Below, in pieces: positions 1 to 10,882 of a stretch of DNA of 64,000 bases (position 1 is the stretch's first letter; the number at the start of each line of letters is the position of its first letter). This stretch comes from an uncultured Actinomycetes bacterium (lineage in GTDB: Bacteria > Actinomycetota > Acidimicrobiia > IMCC26256 > PALSA-610). The notes below the pieces were generated by a model. It saw nothing but the letters and a program-made list of their open reading frames with translations. It was not told the origin of the DNA and ran no database searches. A program made the translations under genes and the position numbers. Location of the stretch: NCBI GenBank assembly GCA_963835455.1, contig CAWIFT010000005.1:258402-322401 (forward strand), read 5' to 3'.

Positions 1-389
1 CACTGTCGTCACTGCTTCGCCTGTTGGCGCCCGTGCTGCCGTACGTGAGCGAGGAAGTGTGGTCGTGGTGGCGTGCCGGGTCGGTGCACCGGGCCGAGTG
101 GCCGGGTTCGACGGACCTGCGGACGGAGGGTGCCGACGCGCAGGTGTACCTGGTCGCGGCCGAGGTGCTCGCCGAGGTGCGCAAGGTGAAGTCGACGCAG
201 AAGGTCTCGCTGGCGACCCCGGTCGACCAGGTCCACGTGGTCGACACCGCCGAGCGTCTCGCGGCGCTCGACGCGGCCCGCCAGGACGTGTGCGACGCGG
301 GCAAGATCGCCAAGCTCGAGGTCGAGGTCGGCCGGCCCTTCTCCGTCCGGGTGGAGCTGCCCGAACCGGGCCGGATCGGCCCGGCGTGA
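1..389 (+). CDS. valS: valyl-tRNA synthetase, C-terminal fragment (5' end outside window)
   Basis: The reading frame of ORF 24..389 is open to the window edge. It shows ...LPYVSEEVWSWW... and an Ala/Glu/Val-rich helical C-terminal tail typical of ValS. It sits directly upstream of folC, and its stop TGA 387-389 overlaps the folC GTG at 386. Confidence 0.8.
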   Translation, partial: LSSLLRLLAPVLPYVSEEVWSWWRAGSVHRAEWPGSTDLRTEGADAQVYLVAAEVLAEVRKVKSTQKVSLATPVDQVHVVDTAERLAALDAARQDVCDAGKIAKLEVEVGRPFSVRVELPEPGRIGPA

Positions 390-1702
390 GCAACCCGGCG
401 GGCTTCGACGCCCCGAGCTGGCTGAGCTCGCACGTCAACCTCGAGAGCCTGAACGTGCCCGCCGGCAGCCGCCGGGGGCCGCCCACCCTGGAGCGGATCA
501 CCACCCTGATGCAGTACCTCGGCTCGCCCGAGGTCGAGTTCCCGGCCGTGCACGTGACCGGCACGAACGGCAAGACCACCACCGTCCGCGTGCTCACCGA
601 GTTGCTGAGCGCGCTCGGCCTGAAGGTCGGCGCGTACACCAGCCCGCACCTCGAACACGTCAACGAGCGCATGTCGATCGACGGCCAACCGATCGACGAC
701 GAAGCGTTCGAGGAGATGCTGTACGCCGTCTCGCTCGTCGAGAAGTCGGTCGGTGTCGACGCGTCGTACTTCGACATCGTCACCGCCGCCGCGTTCCGTT
801 GGTTCGCCGACGAAGCCGTCGACGTCGCGGTGGTCGAGGTCGGTATGGGTGGCGAGTGGGACGCGACGAACGTGGTCGACGGGCGCGTCGCCGTCGTCAC
901 GAACGTGACCATCGATCACGTCGAATACCTCGGGCCCACACGCGAGCAGATCGCGCACGAAAAGGCCGGCATCGTGAAGCCGGGCGCGACGCTCGTGCTC
1001 GGCGAGACCGATCCCGACCTCCAGGCGATCTTCGAAGCGCGCGCGACCGGGCGCGTCTTCCGGCGCGACATCGACTTCGGGATCTCGCGCAACGTGCTCG
1101 CGATCGGTGGCCGGCTCGTCGACATCCGGAGCCCGGGGGCGGAGTATCCGGACGTGTTCCTGCCGCTGCACGGCGCGCACCAGGCCGACAACGCCGCGAT
1201 CGCGCTGGCGGCAGCCGAGAGCTTCGTGAGCGCGCCCCTCCCGTTCGAGGTGGTGGCCGACGCGTTCGCGCGGGTGCAGTCGCCCGGACGGCTCGAGGTC
1301 GTGCGCCGCCAGCCGCTCGTGTTGCTCGACGGCGCGCACAATGTCGCCGGTGCGCAGGCGTTGCGCGCCGCGCTCGACGAGGAGTGGAGCGTGGGCCCGC
1401 GTACGTTCGTCGTCGGCATGCTGCGGGAAAAGGAACCGCACGAGATGCTCGCCGCGCTCGGCGTCGAGGAGCTCGAAGGGTTGCTCGTGTGTTGTCAACC
1501 GCCGACGCCGCGCGCGCTCGAACCGTCGTTCATCGCCAAGGCCGCGCTCGATCTCGGTGTGCCCGAGGAACGGATCGAGATCGTCGAACGGGTCGAGGAC
1601 GCGGTGAGCACCGCGCTGCTGGCGACGCCGTCCGACGGCCAGATCGTGATCACGGGCTCGCTGTACGTCGTCGGCGCGGCCCGCTCCGTGCTCGTTCCCT
1701 GA
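386..1702 (+). CDS. folC: bifunctional folylpolyglutamate synthase / dihydrofolate synthase
   Basis: In-frame GTG at 386 within ORF 59..1702. Mur-ligase P-loop VHVTGTNGKTTT, followed by SPHLEHVNER and LLDGAHN motifs. The upstream part of the ORF is Arg/Gly-rich out-of-gene read-through. Confidence 0.9.
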   Translation: MSNPAGFDAPSWLSSHVNLESLNVPAGSRRGPPTLERITTLMQYLGSPEVEFPAVHVTGTNGKTTTVRVLTELLSALGLKVGAYTSPHLEHVNERMSIDGQPIDDEAFEEMLYAVSLVEKSVGVDASYFDIVTAAAFRWFADEAVDVAVVEVGMGGEWDATNVVDGRVAVVTNVTIDHVEYLGPTREQIAHEKAGIVKPGATLVLGETDPDLQAIFEARATGRVFRRDIDFGISRNVLAIGGRLVDIRSPGAEYPDVFLPLHGAHQADNAAIALAAAESFVSAPLPFEVVADAFARVQSPGRLEVVRRQPLVLLDGAHNVAGAQALRAALDEEWSVGPRTFVVGMLREKEPHEMLAALGVEELEGLLVCCQPPTPRALEPSFIAKAALDLGVPEERIEIVERVEDAVSTALLATPSDGQIVITGSLYVVGAARSVLVP

Positions 1703-1761
1703 GCCCGATCTGCCTGGGCGTTTGTCGGACTCGGGGGGCTCCGTCCTAGGCTTGCCCACTT

Positions 1762-2175
1762 ATGGCCGATCGCACCCTCGTTCTTTGTAAGCCGGACTGT
1801 GTCGAGCGCGGACTCGTCGGCGAGATCGTCAGCCGGCTGGAGCGCAAGCAGCTGAAGATCGTCGCCCTCGAGTTGCGGCACCTCGACGAGGCGACAGCCT
1901 CCCGTCACTACGCCGAACACGAGGGAAAACCCTTCTTTTCCGACCTCGTGGCCTTCATCACGCGCTCGCCGCTGGTGGCGATGGTCGCCGAGGGGCCCGA
2001 TGCCTACAAGGTCGTGCGCACGCTCATGGGCACGACCAACCCGCGGGAGGCGGCGCCGGGCACGATCCGCGGCGACCTCGCGATCGAGCTCACCGAAAAT
2101 CTCGTTCACGGAAGTGACGGTCCGGAGTCGGCTGCGCGCGAAATCGCGTTGTTCTTCCCCGGTCTCTCCGGGTGA
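1762..2175 (+). CDS. ndk: nucleoside diphosphate kinase
   Basis: 137 aa. Shows [14 protein letters not shown] and the active-site segment NLVHGSD. Confidence 0.97.
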   Translation: MADRTLVLCKPDCVERGLVGEIVSRLERKQLKIVALELRHLDEATASRHYAEHEGKPFFSDLVAFITRSPLVAMVAEGPDAYKVVRTLMGTTNPREAAPGTIRGDLAIELTENLVHGSDGPESAAREIALFFPGLSG

Positions 2176-2294
2176 CGGACCGCGCCGGGTGGCAGTCACA
2201 GCGCGACGCCAATCGCCGCGGCTGGGGCGCGAATCGGGGTGGGTGGCAAAACAACCGAATGGCTCCTAGCCTGGGCGCGTCCCGCCGTCGGAAG

Positions 2295-3341
<1,047 letters not shown>

Positions 3342-3359
3342 CCGCGGCGGTACGAAACG

Positions 3360-4382
3360 ATGGCCGGTGCTCGACGCGCGAGCCGACGACGCTACGTCCT
3401 GGTGTTGATCGTGCTGACCTGCCTCACGCTCATCACCCTCGACTCCCGTAACGGCCGCTCGGGCCCGCTGGGCGCCCTGGGCCGGATCGCCCACCGGATC
3501 GTCTCCCCGGTGCAGGGGGCCGTCGACAGCGTCGCGAACCCGGTCAGCGACTGGTGGAACGGGGTGACCGACGGCGGGAACCTGAAGCGCCGGAACCGCC
3601 AGCTCGAAGAGGAGAACGCGGCGTTGCGGGCCAAGCAGACCGCGGCCGACCAGGCGATCCAGGAGAACGCGGACCTGAAGGCGTCGCTCGCGCTGCGGAA
3701 TGCGCTGCTCGTCAAGAACGTGACCGCGAACATCGTCGGACGCGACCCCGGCAACTTCGATCCGACGCTCACGATCGACAAGGGATCGGAGGCGGGCATC
3801 GCTGTCGACATGCCGGTCATCGCGTCGGGCGGCGTCGTCGTCGGCAAGGTGCTGGAAGTGTGGAACGGCGGCGCGAAGATCCAGGTGCTCACCGATCCGA
3901 ACTTCTCGGTCGGCGTGCAGACACCCGGTCACGGTGCGGCCGCGCCCGCGACCACCGGTATCGCGTCGGGACAGGTCGGTTCGCACGACCTCGCGGTGCA
4001 GTTCGACGCGGGCACGCGCGTGTTGCGCGGTGATTCGATCATCACGTCGCCGCAGTCGACGTTGTTCCCCGCGGGGCTCCCGGTCGGCAAGATCGCGACG
4101 GCCGCGAATCAGCCGGGCAACACAGGTGTGAACGCGACGATCAATCCGTACGTGCGGCTCGGCGCGCTGGAGCACGTCACCGTGTTGTTGTGGTCGGCGG
4201 GGACGCCCGGTCCGGTGCTGCCGCCACCGCCCACCACCACGACGACGTCGACTACGACCACGACCATCTTCGGCGCGACGACGACCACCGTTTTCGGCAC
4301 GACGCCCTCGTTCGGTACGACACCCTCGTTCGGTACGACACCCTCGTTCGGTACCACGACCACGAAACCGGCCGGCGGATGA
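3360..4382 (+). CDS. mreC: rod shape-determining protein MreC with Thr-rich repetitive C-terminal tail
   Basis: N-terminal TM helix, a coiled-coil segment (NRQLEEENAALRAKQ) and a beta-barrel core (VVVGKV...IQVLTD). It lies between mreB and mreD, and its stop overlaps the mreD ATG (ATGA at 4379-4382). Confidence 0.9.
   Translation: MAGARRASRRRYVLVLIVLTCLTLITLDSRNGRSGPLGALGRIAHRIVSPVQGAVDSVANPVSDWWNGVTDGGNLKRRNRQLEEENAALRAKQTAADQAIQENADLKASLALRNALLVKNVTANIVGRDPGNFDPTLTIDKGSEAGIAVDMPVIASGGVVVGKVLEVWNGGAKIQVLTDPNFSVGVQTPGHGAAAPATTGIASGQVGSHDLAVQFDAGTRVLRGDSIITSPQSTLFPAGLPVGKIATAANQPGNTGVNATINPYVRLGALEHVTVLLWSAGTPGPVLPPPPTTTTTSTTTTTIFGATTTTVFGTTPSFGTTPSFGTTPSFGTTTTKPAGG
4299..4352 (+). repeat. 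3 x 18 bp in-frame tandem repeat (ACGAC[G/A]CCCTCGTTCGGT) encoding (TTPSFG)3 inside the mreC tail
   Basis: Read directly: units at 4299-4316, 4317-4334 and 4335-4352. Units 2 and 3 are identical and unit 1 differs at one base. Confidence 0.9.
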
Positions 4383-4891
4383 GGCGCGCCGCACGACTCG
4401 CGGTGCTCGTCGTCGTGATCGTGGTGCTGCAGGTAGCGGTGTTCCCGCACGTGCGCGTGTTCGGGGTCGTGCCCGATCTCGGGCTGCTCGTCGCGCTCGC
4501 GGTCGGGTACTACGAAGGTCCGGAAGCGGGCGCGATCGTCGGCTTCGCGGCCGGACTCGGTTTCGATCTCTTCCTCGAGACGCCGCTCGGGCTCAACGCA
4601 CTCTCGTACGCGATCGTCGGCTACACGATCGGCGTGTTCGAGTCGGGGCTCTTTCGATCTCCGCGCTGGCTGCCGTCGCTGTTGGGTGGCCTGGGCGGAC
4701 TGGCCGGCGGCTTGTTGTTCATCGGAATCGGTGTCCTGGTCGGCGTCGACGCGGTGAAGGGCGTACAGGGGATCACGACGGTGATGTACGCCGCGCTCTA
4801 CGACGCGTTGCTCGCGCCTTTCGTGTTCTTCCTGGTCAGGCGCGTGCTCGGCTCGGAAACCCGAGTACGCGACGCCTGGTCGATGCGCTGA
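4379..4891 (+). CDS. mreD: rod shape-determining protein MreD
   Basis: ATG at 4379 in the frame of ORF 4190..4891. About 170 aa, polytopic and hydrophobic (LAVLVVVIVVLQVAVFP...). Sits in the expected position between mreC and PBP2. Confidence 0.8.
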   Translation: MRRAARLAVLVVVIVVLQVAVFPHVRVFGVVPDLGLLVALAVGYYEGPEAGAIVGFAAGLGFDLFLETPLGLNALSYAIVGYTIGVFESGLFRSPRWLPSLLGGLGGLAGGLLFIGIGVLVGVDAVKGVQGITTVMYAALYDALLAPFVFFLVRRVLGSETRVRDAWSMR

Positions 4892-4976
4892 CGGTCCTGG
4901 CAAACGCCTGAGCGACCGGATAACCGAATGCCTCGGCCACTAGCGTGGATCGCGTCTCGATGAGCTTTCTGACCGC

Positions 4977-6926
4977 ATGAGCGACAACAGCCGCGTCCGT
5001 GTGAGCATTGTCGGCGTCGTCATCGTCGCCCTCTTTGCTTCGCTTTTTGCGCGCCTGTGGTTCCTCCAGATGGGTCCGGAGCAGAGCCTCGCCCGCGTCG
5101 TCAGCTCCCTTGCCACGCGTGTGATCCAGACGGAGTCGCCGCGCGGTGAGATCCTCGATCGCAACGGCCGGGTGCTCGCGCACGACGTCGCGGCGTGGGC
5201 GGTGACCGTCGACCGCAATCTGTCCGCGTCGACCCGCGATCGGGTCCTGGGCCAGCTCGCGGAGGTGCTCGGGATCAAGGAGAAGGTCCTGCGGGCGAAC
5301 TACGACAGCGTGCGGCAGTCGCCGCTCGCGCCCGCGGTGGTGGCGCTGCGCGTCCCCCTCCCGCAACAGCTCGCGATCCGCGAGCACAGCGAGGACTACC
5401 CGGGTGTCCACGTGATGGAGCTCACCATCCGCTCGTACCCGTACGACGGACTTGCGTCCCAGCTGCTCGGCTACCTCGGCGAGGTCGACGCGTTCGGCGC
5501 GAAGGAGTTCAAGCAGTTACAGGCCAAGGGCTACCAGCCCGGCGACCTGATCGGGCGGGACGGCATCGAGGCTGCGTACGAATCCGTGTTGCGGGGCAAG
5601 CCGCGGCGCGAGACCGTGCAGGTCGACCCGACCGGCAAACAGATCGGCCCTCCGATCAATGTCGATCCCGGACAGCCGGGCGACAACGTCAAGCTCACCA
5701 TCGACATCAACGTGCAGAAGGCCGCGGAGGACGCGCTCAGAGAAGGCATCAGTGCGGCGAAGACGCTGAAGAACACGAACATCACCGACCACTACGAGAC
5801 GTTGAAGCCGACGGGTGGGGCGGCGGTGGTCATCAACGTGCACGACGGATCGATCGTCGCGATGGCGAGCAATCCCACGTATCCATTGTCGTGGTGGGTC
5901 GGCGGCATCTCGACCGATCACTTCGCCCTCCTCAGTGCGCAGGGCGCGCAGAACCCGCTCCTCAACCGGGTGACCCTCGGTCAGTACGCACCGGGTTCGA
6001 CGTTCAAGTTGGTCACGGCCACTGCACTGAACGCGTACAACATCCTGCCCGCGTCGCAATACGTCACCGACAACGGTGTGCTGGACGTCAACGGGTTCCC
6101 GTTCCAGAACGACAACAAGGAAGTGAACGGGCCGGTCAACCTCCAGCGCGCGCTGACGGTGTCGAGCGACGTGTACTTCTATACCGGTGCGTGGACCTTC
6201 TGGAACGTCTGGCAGATGGACAAGCAGCGGGGTCTCGGCATCCAGGACGTCGCCGCCCAACTCGGGTTCGGGAAGCCGACCGGTGTCGAGCTCAGTGAGG
6301 CGACGGGTCGCATCCCGGATCCCGCGTGGAAGACCGCGTTCGCGAAGGCGAACTACAAGACCGCCGAGGCGGTTCGCCAGAACTCGATCTGGTACCCGGC
6401 CGACAACATCCACGCCGCGGTCGGCCAGGGCGACGACTTCGTGACGCCGCTCCAGCTGGCCAACGCGTACGCGACGTTCGCGAACGGCTTCAGCACCCAC
6501 GTCGGCACGGTATGGACGCCGCACCTCGACCAGACGGTGATCGATCCGATGACCAAGCAGCCCGTACAGAACTACACGCCCAAGGCGCGGGGCACGGTCA
6601 ACTTCGGCGACGCGTACCCGGCGATGGCCGCCGGTTTCCGCGGCGTCGTCAACGATCCGAAGGGAACCGCGTACGACGCGTTCCGCGGCCTCGATCTCCC
6701 CGCGGTCTCCGGGAAGACGGGGACCGCCGACGTCACGGGCAAGGGCGCGACCTCGTTGTTCGCGTCGTACTTCCCGAGTGACAGTCCCGATTACGCCGTG
6801 GTCGCGCTGGTGGAGCAGGGCGGGCACGGCGCCCAGATCGCGGCGCCGATCGTGCGGCAGATCGTCGAGAACATCTACCGCCTCCCGACCACCCCGATCC
6901 CGACCCTGCGGACGGGCAAGGACTGA
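4977..6926 (+). CDS. mrdA: penicillin-binding protein 2 (elongasome transpeptidase)
   Basis: 649 aa with an N-terminal TM anchor. Transpeptidase motifs STFK, SSD and KTGT are present. Located in the mre operon directly upstream of rodA. Confidence 0.93.
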   Translation: MSDNSRVRVSIVGVVIVALFASLFARLWFLQMGPEQSLARVVSSLATRVIQTESPRGEILDRNGRVLAHDVAAWAVTVDRNLSASTRDRVLGQLAEVLGIKEKVLRANYDSVRQSPLAPAVVALRVPLPQQLAIREHSEDYPGVHVMELTIRSYPYDGLASQLLGYLGEVDAFGAKEFKQLQAKGYQPGDLIGRDGIEAAYESVLRGKPRRETVQVDPTGKQIGPPINVDPGQPGDNVKLTIDINVQKAAEDALREGISAAKTLKNTNITDHYETLKPTGGAAVVINVHDGSIVAMASNPTYPLSWWVGGISTDHFALLSAQGAQNPLLNRVTLGQYAPGSTFKLVTATALNAYNILPASQYVTDNGVLDVNGFPFQNDNKEVNGPVNLQRALTVSSDVYFYTGAWTFWNVWQMDKQRGLGIQDVAAQLGFGKPTGVELSEATGRIPDPAWKTAFAKANYKTAEAVRQNSIWYPADNIHAAVGQGDDFVTPLQLANAYATFANGFSTHVGTVWTPHLDQTVIDPMTKQPVQNYTPKARGTVNFGDAYPAMAAGFRGVVNDPKGTAYDAFRGLDLPAVSGKTGTADVTGKGATSLFASYFPSDSPDYAVVALVEQGGHGAQIAAPIVRQIVENIYRLPTTPIPTLRTGKD

Positions 6927-8090
6927 TGGCCACCGTCGCCGCGTCCACCGGTCGCCGCCGCGCCGGCATCGACACCGGCCTCTTCGGGCACATCGATCTC
7001 GCGCTGCTCGGGCTCCCGCTCGCGATCAGCGCGCTCGGTCTGCTCATGATCTTCGACGCGTCGCGCTACGAGACCGCGCGCGGCGGCCTCTCCCGGTACT
7101 ACTACGTGGAACGCCAAAGTGTGGCAGTCGTGCTCGGGGTCATCGCGATGGCGATCGTGATGTCGGTCGACTATCGCCGCATCCGCGACGCGTGGCCGCT
7201 GATCTACCTCGCGGTCCTGCCGCTGCTCGCCGGTGTAGTGGTGCTCGGGCGCAATCACAACGGCGCGCAGGCGTGGTTCCAGGTCGGGCCGTTCCAGTTC
7301 CAGCCATCGGAAGTCGCCAAGGTCGTGGTGATCGTCGCGATCGCGGGCTACTGCCATCAACATCGTGGTGATCTCGACACGTGGCGCGTCGCGGTTGCCA
7401 TCGGGCTCGCCGGTCTGGTCATGGCGCTCGTGTACGCCCAGCACGACCTCGGCACGATGCTCGTGATCATGGTGTGCGCGGCCGCCGTGCTCGTGATCGC
7501 CGGGCTCAAGCCCGTGCACATCGTCGTGCTGTTGATGCTCGGCGCCTCGCTCGTCGGCGCGGCCGTGGTCACGGGCAAGGTGCAGGCGTACCAGCTCGAC
7601 CGGCTGACCAACTTCGCCAACCAGTCGACCGCGCACATCTCGGCCCAGGACCAGACCCCGACCCAGCTCAACCTCGAGCGCGTCGAAGGCCGCGATCGCC
7701 TCCGGCGGATTCGAAGGGGCCGGCTTCGGTCGGGGTCTGCGCACCAGGAACGGCTTCGTGCCCGAGCAGCACACCGACTTCATCTTCACCGCGGTCGGTG
7801 AGGATCTCGGCTTCATCGGCGGCGCGGCGCTGCTGTTGCTCTACGCGGCGCTGGCGTGGCGGCTCTGGCGCATCGCGTTGCTGTCGTCGGACTTCTTCGG
7901 CACGCTCGTCGCGATCGGTGTGCTGGCCATGTTCGCGATCCAGATCTTCGAGAACGTGGGCATGACGATGGGGATCATGCCGATCACCGGGATCCCACTG
8001 CCCTTCATGTCGTACGGCGGTTCCGCCGTGATCGCGTCGTTCATCGCCATCGGGCTGGTCCTGAACATCCACATGCGACGGTTTTCCTGA
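6926..8090 (+). pseudogene. rodA: SEDS glycosyltransferase RodA, interrupted by a frame change as assembled
   Basis: ORF 6926..7801 matches RodA up to ...TPTQLNLE (about 7678) and is then Arg-rich nonsense. The conserved continuation SKAAIASGGFEGAGFGRG...FVPEQHTDFIFTAVGEDLGFIG...PFMSYGGS runs in the next frame from about 7683 to 8090, which includes ORF 7758..8090. Confidence 0.85.
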
Positions 8091-8153
8091 CGGCGCTCCT
8101 CACGCTGGGTGGCGAATCCGGGGCGCGCTGCGCCCGGACTACACTGCCGGGAG

Positions 8154-10118
8154 ATGTCAGACCTGTGGCCGCGGATAGAACCGCTGCTGGCCCGGGTTGA
8201 GAAGCCCGCTCGCTACATCGGTATGGAGATGGGGACGGAGCCGGGCAACCTGGCGCCCCGCCATGGGAGCGGCCGGGCGGCCTTTCTCCTGATCTATCCC
8301 GATACCTACGAGATCGGGCTCCCCAACCAGGGGCTGCAAATCCTCTACGAGCTCCTGAACGAACGCGACGACTCGGTGGCCGAGCGCGCCTACGCACCGT
8401 GGACCGACATGGAGGCCTCGATGCGCGCGGCCCGGGTGCCGCTCTTCAGCGTCGACACCCATCGGGCCGCGGCCGACTTCGACGTCTTGGCCTTCAACCT
8501 CTCGGCCGAGCTCGTCTACACGAACCTGCTGAACCTGGTGGATCTCGCGGGCGTGCCCGTGAGAAACGAGGACCGGGCGCCGTCGCACCCGATCGTCATC
8601 GCCGGTGGCCACTGCACGTACAACCCCGAGCCGCTGGCCGAGTACGTCGACGCGTTCGTCATCGGCGACGGCGAAGAGGTCATCTCCGAGCTCGCCGAGG
8701 TGATCGGCGCGTGGAAGCGCGGCGGTCGTGCCACCCGCGAGGCGGTGCTGCGCGAGCTCGCGACGATCCCCGGGGTCTACGTGCCGTCGCTCTACGCGGT
8801 CGAGTACGACGGCCCGGTCGTGCGCTCGGTCACGCCGCGCTTTCCCGACGTTCCCGCGGTCGTCGACAAGCGCACCGTCGCCGACCTCGCCGAGTGGCCG
8901 TATCCGAAGCGGCAGCTCGTCCCGCTCGTCGAGGTCGTGCACGACCGGTTGAACGTCGAGATCTTCCGGGGCTGCACCCGCGGTTGTCGGTTCTGCCAGG
9001 CGGGCATGATCACCCGCCCCGTGCGCGAACGGCCCGAGGAGCAGGTGCGCACGATGGTCAAGGAGGGCCTGCGCCGCACCGGCTACGACGAGGTCGCGCT
9101 CACCTCGCTGTCGAGCGCCGACTTCTCCGGGATCGAAGGCGTCGTCGCCGATCTCGTCACCGATCAGGAGGGCACCGGCGGCGTCAGTGTCTCGCTGCCC
9201 AGCCTGCGGGTCGACGCGTTCACGGTCGGCATCGCGAGCGAGCTCCAGAAGGTTCGCCGCAGCGGCCTCACGTTCGCGCCCGAGGCGGGCACGTGGCGGC
9301 TGCGTCAGGTGATCAACAAGCTGATCATCGAAGACGATCTCTACGCCGCGGTCGACGCCGCGTACTCCCAGGGCTGGCGGCGCGTGAAGCTCTACTTCCT
9401 CACCGGCCTCCCCACGGAGATGGACGAGGACACGCTCGGGATCGCGCAGCTCGCGACCAACGTGACCGACATCGGCCGCAAGTACACGAAGCAGGCGAGC
9501 TGCACCGTGTCGGTCGGCGGATTCGTCCCGAAGCCGCACACACCGTTCCAGTGGTTCGGTCAGAACGGGGTCGACGAGTTGCAGCGCAAGATCACGCTGT
9601 TGCGCAACGCGGTGCGGGGAACCCGCGCCCAGGTGAAGTGGCACGACCCGAAGGCCACCTTCGCCGAAGGCATCGCGTCGCGGGGCGACCGGCGCATCGG
9701 CCGCGTCATCGAGCGTGTGTGGCGCGCGGGCGGCACGTTCCAGGAATGGAGCGAAGGTTTCTCGCTCGACCGCTGGCTCGACGCGATGCACGCCGAAGGT
9801 CTCGATCCGGACTGGTTCGTGACCCGGCATCGCACGCGCGACGAGGTGCTGCCCTGGGGCCACATCGCGGCCGGGCTGCACTCGGATTTCCTGTGGCAGG
9901 ACTGGCAGGCCGCCCTCGCCGAGCACGGGCTCCCCGATTGTCGCTGGACTCCGTGCTACGACTGCGGGGTATGTACCGACTACGCCCTCGAGCACGTGGT
10001 GGCGTCGCCGCTGGCGCCCGCGGGCGGATCGCAGGGCACCGGCCAGGATCTGAGCGGCCCGGCCGCCGAGGTTCCGGTCCGGTTCCTCGGCACGAAGCCC
10101 GTGGCGGTGACGACATGA
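8154..10118 (+). CDS. B12-binding-domain radical SAM protein (TIGR03960-like), function unknown
   Basis: ATG at 8154 preceded by GGGAG. Radical-SAM cluster motif CTRGCRFC is present. About 654 aa, followed by its usual DUF2344 partner. Confidence 0.88.
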   Translation: MSDLWPRIEPLLARVEKPARYIGMEMGTEPGNLAPRHGSGRAAFLLIYPDTYEIGLPNQGLQILYELLNERDDSVAERAYAPWTDMEASMRAARVPLFSVDTHRAAADFDVLAFNLSAELVYTNLLNLVDLAGVPVRNEDRAPSHPIVIAGGHCTYNPEPLAEYVDAFVIGDGEEVISELAEVIGAWKRGGRATREAVLRELATIPGVYVPSLYAVEYDGPVVRSVTPRFPDVPAVVDKRTVADLAEWPYPKRQLVPLVEVVHDRLNVEIFRGCTRGCRFCQAGMITRPVRERPEEQVRTMVKEGLRRTGYDEVALTSLSSADFSGIEGVVADLVTDQEGTGGVSVSLPSLRVDAFTVGIASELQKVRRSGLTFAPEAGTWRLRQVINKLIIEDDLYAAVDAAYSQGWRRVKLYFLTGLPTEMDEDTLGIAQLATNVTDIGRKYTKQASCTVSVGGFVPKPHTPFQWFGQNGVDELQRKITLLRNAVRGTRAQVKWHDPKATFAEGIASRGDRRIGRVIERVWRAGGTFQEWSEGFSLDRWLDAMHAEGLDPDWFVTRHRTRDEVLPWGHIAAGLHSDFLWQDWQAALAEHGLPDCRWTPCYDCGVCTDYALEHVVASPLAPAGGSQGTGQDLSGPAAEVPVRFLGTKPVAVTT

Positions 10119-10870
10119 GGGGCGGGGCCGCCAACCCCGTGCGGCTGCAGTACACGAAGCTCGGGAAGGTCCGTTGGATCAGCCACCGCGACGTCGCCCG
10201 GGCGCTCGAGCGGTCGTTTCGCGTCGCCCAGTTGCCGCTGGCGTTCACCGAGGGGTTTTCGCCCCGGCCCAAGGTCAGCTTCGGGTTGGCGCTGTCGACC
10301 GGGCACGAGAGCGAGGCGGAGTACCTCGACATCGTGCTGGCCGAGGACATCGATCTCGACCGGCTGGCGGACCGGCTCAACTCCGGGCTGCCCGAAGGTA
10401 TCCGGATCGTGGGCGTGAACGCGCTGGCCGATCGAGCGCCCGCGCTGCAGGAAGCGGTGACGTGCGTCGAGTGGCGGGTCGACGTCGCGCACACCGATCT
10501 CACCGACGTCGACCCGCAGGAATTGCGCGACCGGGTCGATGCCGCAATGGCTCTCCCCGAACTGCCCACGACGAAGCGGCGCAAGGGCCGCGACGTCGTC
10601 GAAGATGTACGACCCGTCATCCGTCGCATCACCGTGTGCGACGCAAGCTCGACGCACGCCGAATCGGCAACCGAACTTCGGACTTGTGTCGAGATGGAAA
10701 TGTCAACCCAACCACGCGGCGCGAAGCCGGGTGAGGTACTCGCGGCAATCGGCGACTTCACCGACATTCGCGCGCGGCGCATGCACCAATGGATCGAGCG
10801 CGACGGCGCGCGGCAGGAGCCGCTCGACGCCGACACGCGCCCGCGTGTGCCGAATGCATACGCGTCATGA
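10115..10870 (+). CDS. radical SAM-associated protein (DUF2344 / TIGR03936-like)
   Basis: ATG at 10115 overlaps the upstream stop (ATGA). Shows VRLQYTKLGKVRWISHRDVARALERSFRVAQLPLAFTEGFSPRPK, typical of the family. The upstream part of ORF 8399..10870 is out-of-frame overlap with the radical SAM gene. Confidence 0.85.
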   Translation: MRGGAANPVRLQYTKLGKVRWISHRDVARALERSFRVAQLPLAFTEGFSPRPKVSFGLALSTGHESEAEYLDIVLAEDIDLDRLADRLNSGLPEGIRIVGVNALADRAPALQEAVTCVEWRVDVAHTDLTDVDPQELRDRVDAAMALPELPTTKRRKGRDVVEDVRPVIRRITVCDASSTHAESATELRTCVEMEMSTQPRGAKPGEVLAAIGDFTDIRARRMHQWIERDGARQEPLDADTRPRVPNAYAS

Positions 10871-10882
10871 GAGAAGGCATCG

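Noticed and set aside
7676-7690. Programmed ribosomal frameshifting or transcriptional slippage as the explanation for the rodA, proB and other frame changes.
   Set aside because: I see no slippery heptamer, homopolymer tract, downstream pseudoknot or upstream SD-like stimulator at any junction. Both directions of shift occur, and none of these gene families is known to use recoding.
8399-10114. N-terminal 570 aa of ORF 8399..10870.
   Set aside because: It is out of frame with and fully overlaps the radical SAM gene, and it is Arg/Gly/Pro-rich nonsense. Only the segment from ATG 10115 (DUF2344) is protein-like.
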